Source: an uncultured archaeon (lineage in GTDB: Archaea > Thermoproteota > Nitrososphaeria_A > Caldarchaeales > Wolframiiraptoraceae). From it: 64,000 nt of DNA. This document shows positions 1-8,114 of this stretch, one piece after another. The position numbers and the translations under genes are program-made. The notes under the pieces are model-generated. The model did not search any database and was not told the DNA's origin. It saw only the letters and a program-made list of their open reading frames with translations. Location of the stretch: the NCBI GenBank assembly GCA_937974645.1, contig CALJVH010000010.1, forward strand, positions 1,771 to 65,770, read 5' to 3'. How positions within the stretch are numbered: position 1 is the stretch's first letter; the number at the start of each line of letters is the position of its first letter.

Positions 1-1
1 T

Positions 2-331
2 ATCCTAAAGACTCTCCTTCTGCTTTATGGATCTGCATGGGAGAGCGATTTGATGGGCACCTTGACCTGTCTATGGAGCATTAGAGGCATGAGCTTGGAG
101 GAAATGGGCGAAGCCGAGTCGGCTATCTCCGCAGCAGAAAAACTTCTAATCGAGAAGGGAGTGATAAGGGTGGAGACTAGGCATAAGGCTGATCTTGGGA
201 AAAACGAGCCAGCCATAGAAAAACTCATCTCAGCAGATCACTTACTTATCTTAATGAAGGTATTCAGCGGAGACATTGAGCTGGATAAATTTAGGTTCCA
301 AATACAACATGGCTATTATGGAGATCAGTAG
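2..331 (+). CDS. 3' end of a gene entering from upstream of the window; hypothetical protein
   Basis: The frame of the listed 50..331 ORF stays open back to base 2 (ILKTLLLLYGSAWESDLMGT...), so the listed Met is probably internal. No motif I can name. Confidence 0.3.
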   Translation: MLKTLLLLYGSAWESDLMGTLTCLWSIRGMSLEEMGEAESAISAAEKLLIEKGVIRVETRHKADLGKNEPAIEKLISADHLLILMKVFSGDIELDKFRFQIQHGYYGDQ

Positions 332-606
332 GATTCTTTATTACGAGAGAATTATGGCCGCCTCAGATTACGATGTGCATGCAAGTTATTTAGAGCCTCG
401 ATGGTATTGAGCGTCTGAGCGCCTAACCTATCGCAAACCACCATTTTCTGAGCCCGGAAAGTTTAAGAGGTAAATGTATATTCGATGCGCGCCGCCGGAG
501 GGCCTGAGCTTCAAATCACGAGTTCCAATATAACTAGTTGCGATCTCAAGAGAAGAGCTAATGGATTATGGGCATTTTATTGATTATTAGGCTGAATATT
601 CTTTAT

Positions 607-1656
607 TCATTTCTCAGCTCTCAGTCGAATGCGACGAGCACCTCTATCTGCGCATAGTCCCTTCATGGGGCATTCATTACATCTCGGCCTCACGGATTTG
701 CAATAATCCTTCCCATGAAGGTAAATGAGCGTTTGTAACCATCCTCCAAGGTCGCCGAGAGGTCGAAGGACCGCGCGTAAACATTTCGAGTTATGACAAG
801 GATTTAGTCCCCACATAACTTCGGTTCCGCACAGGAACTTTTTACAAAGGGTTTTGTTAGGCATCGTGAAATATTCAGTCAATGAAAGCCTCGTAACAAA
901 TTTTTTGAGATGGACATCGCATGGTATAAAATGTGATGCCTTGAAGGTCGATAATATGACAGAGTCTGCAACCTTGGGCCCAATGCCCCAAGCCGAGAGT
1001 AGGACAGGCCGCGCGATCTCTGGCGGTAGACTCAGAATATATGTTGAGAGAGGCTCTTTAGGGCTCCCAAACTTTTCGACAATTTTTTCAAGAATTCCTT
1101 TGGGCTCTATGAGTATTCTTTTTAGATCCCTTATAGATCTTGCAGCATCTTTAAGCTGATAGCTTGGAGTAATTTCCCTCAGAATTGATGATTTGGTTGA
1201 GGCAATTATGCTCGGATTGTCAGGAAATCTTTTCCAAATTTCCCTGCACCATCTTCTAACCATCCTGTAATTCGCTCTCTTAGATAAGAGAACGGCTATG
1301 AGAATGTAGTCAAAATCCCTCGGAGCTATTGGTATTCTGACTCCTGGGTAAGCCTCCGCTAACACCTCGGCCGCATCCCTAACTCCAAGTGGAAGCTTAC
1401 TAATGCCTCGCTCGAACTCATCGTGCCATAAACCGGTCTCAAGAAGAGCTAATTGCTCTAGTTTTTCCTTGGGGATTTTAGCCGTTGAAGTAATAATGAG
1501 ACTTCTTCCCATTTGTTCGATCCTCAGACTACCGCCGAGATAGCCGGCCACCTTAATCCAGACATCAGGTTTCTGGTTCTCATAAAGGCTCGAGACGAAA
1601 GATGGTACGAGCGAGCTCCTCAAGCTATAATTCCCAGAATCCAGTGTCAGCTCCAA
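607..1656 (-). CDS. HhH-GPD family DNA glycosylase/lyase with EndoIII-type [4Fe-4S] loop and N-terminal extension
   Basis: HhH-GPD core LLSAWGIGPKVADSVILSTF...IPCDVHLKKF has the HhH Lys and the catalytic Asp. C-terminal CKSVRPRCNECPMKGLC is C-x6-C-x2-C-x5-C. Confidence 0.75.
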   Translation of the reverse strand: MELTLDSGNYSLRSSLVPSFVSSLYENQKPDVWIKVAGYLGGSLRIEQMGRSLIITSTAKIPKEKLEQLALLETGLWHDEFERGISKLPLGVRDAAEVLAEAYPGVRIPIAPRDFDYILIAVLLSKRANYRMVRRWCREIWKRFPDNPSIIASTKSSILREITPSYQLKDAARSIRDLKRILIEPKGILEKIVEKFGSPKEPLSTYILSLPPEIARPVLLSAWGIGPKVADSVILSTFKASHFIPCDVHLKKFVTRLSLTEYFTMPNKTLCKKFLCGTEVMWGLNPCHNSKCLRAVLRPLGDLGGWLQTLIYLHGKDYCKSVRPRCNECPMKGLCADRGARRIRLRAEK

Positions 1657-1711
1657 CGATACTCCACATTATAGCTTAAAAACGGTTTTGAAAGCTTAAC
1701 TATCTATAGGG

Positions 1712-2512
1712 TTGAGAAAAGATAAATATCATGCATACCCACTAAGCTTCTTTGTGGGTTATGATCCAGTAAAGACGCATTTAATGCTTGAGAAGCAGGT
1801 TTCTAGGGATTATGAGAGGAAGTATTATCGATTTCGCATCGATCGATGGTATGGGGGGATAGCTACTGCTGACTGCGTTGGATGCGGCCTTTTCTGTAAA
1901 TTCTGCTGGGTATCGGATAAAGTCAGGCGGAATCCCGTTAAAGTTGGAAGTTTCTATAAGCCCGAAGATGTGGTGGTAAGACTGCTTAATCTCGCTAAAG
2001 ACAGAGGAATTAACCAAGTAAGAATTAGTGGCGGAGAGCCGACGATAGGTAGAGGACACCTATTAAGAGTCCTCGACCACTTCGCTGGAAAGGGCATGCT
2101 CTTCATACTTGAGACGAATGGCATATTGATAGGCCATGATGAGAGCTATGCAGCCCAGTTATCCAGCTACGACTTCCTCCACGTCAGAGTATCGCTGAAG
2201 GGATGTAATGAGGGTGAGTTCCACATGCTCACTGGAGCAAATCCAGATGGGTTCAAACTTCAGCTAAATGCTCTCAAGAATCTGCTTAAGGCTGGCGTGA
2301 GTTGCCACCCATCGATAATGACCTCGTTCTCGACCGAGGAAAGCTTAAGGGAGCTGACGATAAGACTCGCCAAAATATGCGAAAAACTAGTGGAAGAGGT
2401 TGAGGTTGAAGAGCTGATACTTTACCCACATGTGATTGAGAGATTGAAGAGGCATGGGCTAAAGTATGGGGTGGCTCACACACCAGATAAGGTTCCCCCA
2501 GACCAAATTTAA
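1712..2512 (+). CDS. Radical SAM domain protein
   Basis: CGLFCKFC is the CxxxCxxC cluster motif. ISGGEPT is a glycine-rich SAM motif. Non-ATG (TTG) start in the ORF track. Confidence 0.75.
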   Translation: MRKDKYHAYPLSFFVGYDPVKTHLMLEKQVSRDYERKYYRFRIDRWYGGIATADCVGCGLFCKFCWVSDKVRRNPVKVGSFYKPEDVVVRLLNLAKDRGINQVRISGGEPTIGRGHLLRVLDHFAGKGMLFILETNGILIGHDESYAAQLSSYDFLHVRVSLKGCNEGEFHMLTGANPDGFKLQLNALKNLLKAGVSCHPSIMTSFSTEESLRELTIRLAKICEKLVEEVEVEELILYPHVIERLKRHGLKYGVAHTPDKVPPDQI

Positions 2513-2543
2513 GGCGAGGATGCTCTGCCTAAAAACAGTTAAT

Positions 2544-3023
2544 CTAATTCCACTTACATGCTTTCCCCGATTTTGCATGTGACAACCTCAGCTTCGCCCT
2601 AGCAAGTGCGGATAAATTAATTCTTCGCCCGCTCTTCTGCACAATATACTCGCCACAAGCGATCTTTTCAACAAGACCATTGAGTAATTTTTCCAATCCT
2701 AGTTCATCGTAGATTATCCTATATCCGGCTATTAGGCCTGATGCTAAGGCGCCAGGCTCCAAATTCTCTCTGAATGACTCATCATCAAATACTATGATGT
2801 CAAAGAGTATTTTAGATTGAGTTGTTCTTAATGCTCTAGCAATTTCTATTTCGAGGTTAAATTTCTCAAGCGCGTCTGAAAGTCTATCAACGACTATGAG
2901 TATGTCTATATCCCTCGCCTTCAACGGATTGGAAATGCTACTTCCAAATATCGCAAGGGATTTTAAGCGCTTACCCCTTGCATCCAATATTTTCTTAACT
3001 GTCAATAACACCTCTTCTTGCAA
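2544..3023 (-). CDS. Minimal nucleotidyltransferase (MNT) domain protein, partner of the HEPN gene
   Basis: FGSSISNPLKARDIDILIVVD is the GS...DxD nucleotidyltransferase motif. The 5' end overlaps the upstream HEPN gene by 29 nt. Confidence 0.7.
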   Translation of the reverse strand: MQEEVLLTVKKILDARGKRLKSLAIFGSSISNPLKARDIDILIVVDRLSDALEKFNLEIEIARALRTTQSKILFDIIVFDDESFRENLEPGALASGLIAGYRIIYDELGLEKLLNGLVEKIACGEYIVQKSGRRINLSALARAKLRLSHAKSGKACKWN

Positions 3024-3534
3024 GATAATCTCGTACCACCTCCAATGATTTCTCCGCTAGCAAAACCCCCTTCTCAGCGATCTCCTTCGTCACGATGTCA
3101 TCGGGGCTCAGCACATCCCCCCTCATCAGGAATGGGTACCTAGCCCTAGTATAGTACTCCATAAGGTATTCGAGAGATTCTAGGATGTGGTTGAATTCCT
3201 GCTGCCACTCACCCTCAAACGCCTCGACAAATATGCCTACCAGCTCTGGCCCATGATTGTATACTATGCGCCTCCTAAGCTCGAGCATAGCCTTAACGCC
3301 CTTCTCCAGCGATTGTTGAGCATAGAAAACTGCCTGGGGATAGTCCTCAACTCTAAGCGCCCTTTTAGCCCTCTCAAGATCCTTCAAGGATTCCTCAAAA
3401 TACTTCCTAGCAAATTTCTCAAAAATGCTCACGTTTCCCCATGAGAGCCTATAGCCATCATTTAAAAACCTTGCCGCGTAGCCGTCGGTCCAACGAGATA
3501 ATGCTGGAGGGTTGGAAAAACAGATCCATTTCAA
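2995..3534 (-). CDS. HEPN domain protein
   Basis: All-helical sequence. EYLMEYYTRARYP resembles the YY..RYP motif of classic HEPN domains. Translationally overlapped with the MNT gene. Confidence 0.6.
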   Translation of the reverse strand: MKWICFSNPPALSRWTDGYAARFLNDGYRLSWGNVSIFEKFARKYFEESLKDLERAKRALRVEDYPQAVFYAQQSLEKGVKAMLELRRRIVYNHGPELVGIFVEAFEGEWQQEFNHILESLEYLMEYYTRARYPFLMRGDVLSPDDIVTKEIAEKGVLLAEKSLEVVRDYLARRGVIDS

Positions 3535-3593
3535 TTGAAAGTGTTAATTCTTAGTAAAAATTTTATCTCGGCTATAATCTTGGTTTACATCGT

Positions 3594-4637
3594 ATGAGCT
3601 GGGTAGGTGGTGTGAGAGAGCTTACTGAGGTAATCAACCGATATTCTAAGAGCGCGGTTCTCCAAGACAAAAATTGTAAAGTAGTTGTATGCGAGAGGGG
3701 GGCTAGGGTGCTAGGAGCCTTCCTGAACGCTTCACCCAACCTTCTCTGGGTTAATCCTAAGCTTGATGAAGTATTCTCGAGGGGCGAATGGAATATTGGT
3801 GGGCTTAGGTTTTGGATCGCTCCTGAAAGGAACTTTTTCTATAAAAGGCCTGAAGTTTTCGAGGAGTGGTTCTGCCCTGAGGGAATAGATCCTGGAGAGT
3901 ATAGCATTGTTGAAGCTGATTCGAGGAGGGTTCTGCTTGAAGGTAAGATCCATGCCGATGATAATCTCCTGGGAGCGCGGTTTGAGGCCCAGGTTCGCCG
4001 GGATGTTAGGCTTCTCGAGTCCAGAAAAGGGTTCCTGAGGCTTAGAGTTATTGATGCCCTTATCGGCGAGTATCCTGTTAGGGTGAATCCGTGGGCTTTA
4101 GCCCAAGTCCCGGTAAGCGATACCGGTGCTGGGACGGTTCTAGTTCCCGTAAGGAGAGGGGTTGAGCCAGTGCACTATTTTGTCGAGATCCCCAATGATA
4201 GGTTAAGGATTTCGAAAGATCATGTTTCATTCAAGATTGATGGGCAGTATGTTTCGAAGCTTGGAATAAAGCCCGAGGATCTAAAGGATCCAGGGTCAGG
4301 CGCAATAGCTTATATCGCGAGAATTGGGAAGAGGAATTGGTCAGCACTCGTGCTCAGAAGCCACGACCTTCCATTGGCTCAGGAGGATTGCCTGGATGTG
4401 CCGAAGCGGGATCCGAATCTACCTAAAGCCGCGATACAATCATATAACTCGGGGCCTGAAGCCTTCCCGGACATAAAATTTGGTGAGATAGAACTACAGC
4501 TTGCGCCGACGATAAACATCTCTGGTAAAGTCTTCGCGAGGATAGAATACGATTTAATGGCCTTTATCGGGGGGAAGAATGAGATATTAGCGAGGATCCG
4601 GAGATACCTAAGGATATCCAAGCCAAAGCTCTATTAA
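3594..4637 (+). CDS. Hypothetical protein, 347 aa
   Basis: Long ORF with balanced composition. NIGGLRFWIAPE is reminiscent of mutarotase-like/DUF4380-type beta-sandwich proteins, from weak recollection only. Confidence 0.45.
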   Translation: MSWVGGVRELTEVINRYSKSAVLQDKNCKVVVCERGARVLGAFLNASPNLLWVNPKLDEVFSRGEWNIGGLRFWIAPERNFFYKRPEVFEEWFCPEGIDPGEYSIVEADSRRVLLEGKIHADDNLLGARFEAQVRRDVRLLESRKGFLRLRVIDALIGEYPVRVNPWALAQVPVSDTGAGTVLVPVRRGVEPVHYFVEIPNDRLRISKDHVSFKIDGQYVSKLGIKPEDLKDPGSGAIAYIARIGKRNWSALVLRSHDLPLAQEDCLDVPKRDPNLPKAAIQSYNSGPEAFPDIKFGEIELQLAPTINISGKVFARIEYDLMAFIGGKNEILARIRRYLRISKPKLY

Positions 4638-4671
4638 GATCCCACTCTGCTTCTTATTTTCGACCCTAAAT

Positions 4672-5706
4672 TTAGCTTATCTCCCTATATCCAAGCGTAG
4701 ATGATAATATCTCCTTGAGCCAGCTCGACTTAAGGATCTCTTCAAGCCTCCTGATTCCCTCATTTCTGGCTCTAGATTTTAGTGCATAGTATTCATAGCG
4801 CTCCCAAGTTGCGTGAATCCATCGCAGATCATATTCCTCCGCCACATGCCTCAGCACCAGCCCAACATCCGCATTTCCAGATGAAATGCTTCTCGCAACT
4901 TCTTCATGGGTGTAATGTTCTCTCTCATAGCCCCTGACTTGTCTGGGCTCTGCACCAATTTTCCTCCCAGCTTCCCTGAGGATGTGGTCAAGATAGATTC
5001 TTGTCCCGGATCCCCTGTTCCTGTTCGCGAGCCTTAATCTCCCTACGAGGAGCCCCTCCAAAATATCCCCTAAAACTTCTTCCTTCACGCGATCACCGCA
5101 CGCCATGACGAGCTGCCTCTCATATCCGCCAAGCCTCATAACCCTATCCCCAAGCCAGAATCTCTCAAGATAAGGCTCATTGTAAGATCTGGTCGATGGG
5201 TCATAAAGGTGGATGCATGCGGTATCGACTTCCTCCAGCGAGAGCATGGCTAACGATAAACCTGAACCTATACAGAAACCTCTAACTAAGCAACCATTTT
5301 GTGAGAGCCTCTCCACAATCTTATCGAGAAGTGGATCGCTGCTGTAAGCTATTGATAAATGTGGTTTATTAGTTATTGGATGAAGGGACGCGGATAACCC
5401 CGCACTTTCAAGCAGTCTGATTCCTTCCTCATATAGTTGAAGAAGCTTTTTGCCGAGAGCCGTTAACTTGGCTCCCCCACCGCCTCTTCCACCACGCCTA
5501 GCTATGAGCACCGGACCGCCCGCAAGCTTCTCGATTCGAGAGATCGTTTTCCATATGTTCGCATAAGGGATGCCAAGAATTCTTGAAGACGCGACTATCG
5601 ACCTCCTCTCTTCTATGGATCTGAGAATCCGCGCAGAAAATTCGTCGAGAATGGGATCTCCACCGAGCTCAACCACACATTTGAATCTGATCACAAACTT
5701 CGTCAT
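4672..5706 (-). CDS. ModE-like molybdate/tungstate-responsive regulator fused to a periplasmic-binding-protein-like domain
   Basis: N-terminal wHTH ILGIPYANIWKTISRIEKLAGGPVLIARRGGRGGGGAKLTALG is ModE N-domain-like. About 230 aa of PBP-like sequence follow. Divergent from tupABC. Confidence 0.7.
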   Translation of the reverse strand: MTKFVIRFKCVVELGGDPILDEFSARILRSIEERRSIVASSRILGIPYANIWKTISRIEKLAGGPVLIARRGGRGGGGAKLTALGKKLLQLYEEGIRLLESAGLSASLHPITNKPHLSIAYSSDPLLDKIVERLSQNGCLVRGFCIGSGLSLAMLSLEEVDTACIHLYDPSTRSYNEPYLERFWLGDRVMRLGGYERQLVMACGDRVKEEVLGDILEGLLVGRLRLANRNRGSGTRIYLDHILREAGRKIGAEPRQVRGYEREHYTHEEVARSISSGNADVGLVLRHVAEEYDLRWIHATWERYEYYALKSRARNEGIRRLEEILKSSWLKEILSSTLGYREIS

Positions 5707-5728
5707 CGCGTGGAGTGTTTATTAGCGG

Positions 5729-5763
5729 TTGATAAGCGTTATTGATTTTAGAATAACGATCAA
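5729..5763. promoter_or_regulatory. Imperfect palindrome in the modE-like/tupA divergent region; candidate operator
   Basis: TTGATaagCGTTATTgattttagAATAACGATCAA. The core is CGTTATT-N8-AATAACG, flanked by TTGAT/ATCAA. It resembles CGTTATAT...ATAACG ModE operators of bacteria. Confidence 0.4.
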
Positions 5764-5805
5764 AATTTTCTAATAGCCCCCTCAGGAGGATCTGCGAGAT
5801 AGCAA

Positions 5806-6705
5806 ATGTCTTCTCAGAAACTTGTCATAATCATCGCGGTCATAGTCGTAATGGTGGCAGTAGCATCAGCGTATACGCTCCTCCCAAGCCATGTGATTGT
5901 TAGGATCGCGACAACGACATCGCTTTACGCGACGGGGCTACTTGACTATTTGGCTGAGCAATTCGAGAAAGAGAATCCAGGAGCTAAGCTCGAGTTCATA
6001 GCCGCCGGAACTGGAGCGGCCCTGAAATATGCTGAGCGGGGTGATGCATGTGCAGTCCTAGTCCATGCACCAAGCCTTGAAAGGGAGTATATCGAGAAGG
6101 GAGTGTTTGAGGCTGGACTAATATTCGCTTACAATTATTTCATCATTGTTGGGCCTAAAGATGACCCGGCCGGCATCTCAGGCTCGGATAGCGCGATCGA
6201 GGCTTTTAAGAGAATATATTCGGCTGGCGAGTCAGGTGAGGCGATCTTTGTTAGTAGGGGTGATCTCTCAGGAACCCATCTCAGGGAGATGGCCATCTGG
6301 AGGAAGGCTGGGATAGATCCTGCTGGTAAAAGCTGGTATAAGGAGGCGGCGGCTGGGATGGAGCAGACACTCATCATCGCAAATGAGCTCTTAGCATACT
6401 CGCTGAGCGATGCCGGGACGTATCTAAAATTTAAGCGTGAAGGAAGACTGTCAGCTTTTGAGGCCCTTTACGCGAACCCCGAAGATCTTGAGACGATCAA
6501 CATTTACTCAGTATATGTGGCTAGAGGTTGCTTTGGCGATGAGAGGAGATATACTGAGCTTTTCCTAAAATATCTCCGAGACCGCCAAGACGTACTCAGA
6601 AGCTTTTGCGAGAACGAATATGGGCTGCCATTGTTTTACCCAGCTGAAGGAAGGTTGAAAGAACTCAGGAATCTATGGAGTCGGCTTGCATCCAGCCAAG
6701 GGTGA
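5806..6705 (+). CDS. tupA: Tungstate/molybdate ABC transporter substrate-binding protein (TupA-like)
   Basis: N-terminal hydrophobic anchor, then RIATTTSLYATGLLDYL with the TTTS motif typical of TupA-type binders. Followed by permease and ATPase genes. Confidence 0.7.
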   Translation: MSSQKLVIIIAVIVVMVAVASAYTLLPSHVIVRIATTTSLYATGLLDYLAEQFEKENPGAKLEFIAAGTGAALKYAERGDACAVLVHAPSLEREYIEKGVFEAGLIFAYNYFIIVGPKDDPAGISGSDSAIEAFKRIYSAGESGEAIFVSRGDLSGTHLREMAIWRKAGIDPAGKSWYKEAAAGMEQTLIIANELLAYSLSDAGTYLKFKREGRLSAFEALYANPEDLETINIYSVYVARGCFGDERRYTELFLKYLRDRQDVLRSFCENEYGLPLFYPAEGRLKELRNLWSRLASSQG

Positions 6706-7360
6706 TGCATTCTTGGTCCAAGCATTCTCTGAGATTCTCGATATAACTCTCAGATCGCTTTACGTTTCAGGATTCGCAACTCTCCTATCCGCATCTTGGA
6801 GCATCCCGACCTCCTATCTTCTAGCCTTCAGGCGGAGGGTGAAAGTTCTTGAAGCTTTGATGGAATCGCTCGTAGGAATACCGACAGTACTGCTAGGTCT
6901 ACTCCTCTTCCTGCTCCTTAGCAGCTCTGGGCTCCTCGGCTTTCTTAAGCTCCTCTACACGCCTCAAGCGATTATCATCGGCCAGGCAATACTTATCACG
7001 CCGCTAATAATCTCGACAAGCTATAGGACCCTGAGAATTGTCGCACCGCCTTACTCAGAGCTCGCTTTAAGCCTGGGCGCTACTAGGGGCCAAGCCATGA
7101 TGCTTGTCTTGAGGGAATCTGCGCCCGGAGTCGCGGCCTCGATAATAATGGGGTTCTCTAGGACCATCGGGGAGCTTGGTATCGCGATGATGATTGGTGG
7201 GAACATTAAAGGGTTCACGAGGGTATTGACCACCGCGATAGCCCTTGGCGTAGCCAAGGGAGAGTTCGAGAGCGCCATAATCCTTGGCATCATACTCCTA
7301 GCCCTCACAATCTCAACGGCGTTATCGGTGAAGATTCTGATGGAGGCGAAGGCGCCGTGA
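6686..7360 (+). CDS. tupB: Tungstate ABC transporter permease (TupB-like)
   Basis: Multi-pass hydrophobic protein with an EAA-like loop LSLGATRGQAMMLVLRESAPG. TTG start overlaps the tupA end; an alternative TTG lies at 6713. Confidence 0.7.
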   Translation: MHPAKGDAFLVQAFSEILDITLRSLYVSGFATLLSASWSIPTSYLLAFRRRVKVLEALMESLVGIPTVLLGLLLFLLLSSSGLLGFLKLLYTPQAIIIGQAILITPLIISTSYRTLRIVAPPYSELALSLGATRGQAMMLVLRESAPGVAASIIMGFSRTIGELGIAMMIGGNIKGFTRVLTTAIALGVAKGEFESAIILGIILLALTISTALSVKILMEAKAP

Positions 7361-8022
7361 TCACTGTGAAGCTGAGACACGTGTGGCACCGCTACCCCGG
7401 AATGATCGGATGGGCGCTAAAAGACATCTCGACAGAGTTCGGCTCAAGGAGAATTATCCTCGTCTCAGGGCGCAATGGTAGCGGGAAGACCACACTCTTG
7501 AAGATAGCGGCCCTACTCTATAAGCCTTGGCGTGGAGAGGTTACTGTAGATGGTCAAAGCTTTTGGGAAATGGATGAAGCGGAGAAGATAATGTCTAGGA
7601 GGAGGATCGCGTACGTCCATGAAAAGCCGATTCTTCTTCGCGGAAGTGTTCTCGAGAACGTGGCATATCCTTTAAGGCTTCGGGGGCTCAAGTGGGGCAA
7701 TGCAGCCAGTAAGGCTGAGGAGATCATGAGGGAGCTTGAGCTCGTGGAGCTCGCGGATAAGGACGTTAAAGAGCTATCAGCGGGTCAATCCCAGCTCGCG
7801 GCCGTCGCCCGCGCCTTAGTAGCCGACCCGGAGCTAATCTTCCTTGATGGGCCCTTCGCCCACCTTGATAGCCGGAAGTCGGAACTGGTGGGCCAAGTCC
7901 TTCGAGCGAGGGAAAGAAATGGAGCTGGAATTGTGATAGCATCCCATGGCAGGGGAGAGCTGCCGAAAGGGCTAGAGCCTGACAAGATAATAGCGCTGGA
8001 AGAAGGACAAGTCAAGCTGTAG
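7357..8022 (+). CDS. tupC: ABC transporter ATP-binding protein (TupC-like) with atypical catalytic motifs
   Basis: Walker A GRNGSGKTT, signature LSAGQSQ, H-loop IASHG. Walker B reads LIFLDGP (Gly where the catalytic Glu is expected). The Q-loop position reads YVHEKP. Confidence 0.7.
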   Translation: MITVKLRHVWHRYPGMIGWALKDISTEFGSRRIILVSGRNGSGKTTLLKIAALLYKPWRGEVTVDGQSFWEMDEAEKIMSRRRIAYVHEKPILLRGSVLENVAYPLRLRGLKWGNAASKAEEIMRELELVELADKDVKELSAGQSQLAAVARALVADPELIFLDGPFAHLDSRKSELVGQVLRARERNGAGIVIASHGRGELPKGLEPDKIIALEEGQVKL

Positions 8023-8114
8023 AACGGGCTCTAAAATGATCGGGAGGAGCGAAGAACTAAAATATTGTATTAGGGGCATCTCTCTGCCTGCTTGGGGGTT
8101 GGTGCGAGTGAGAG

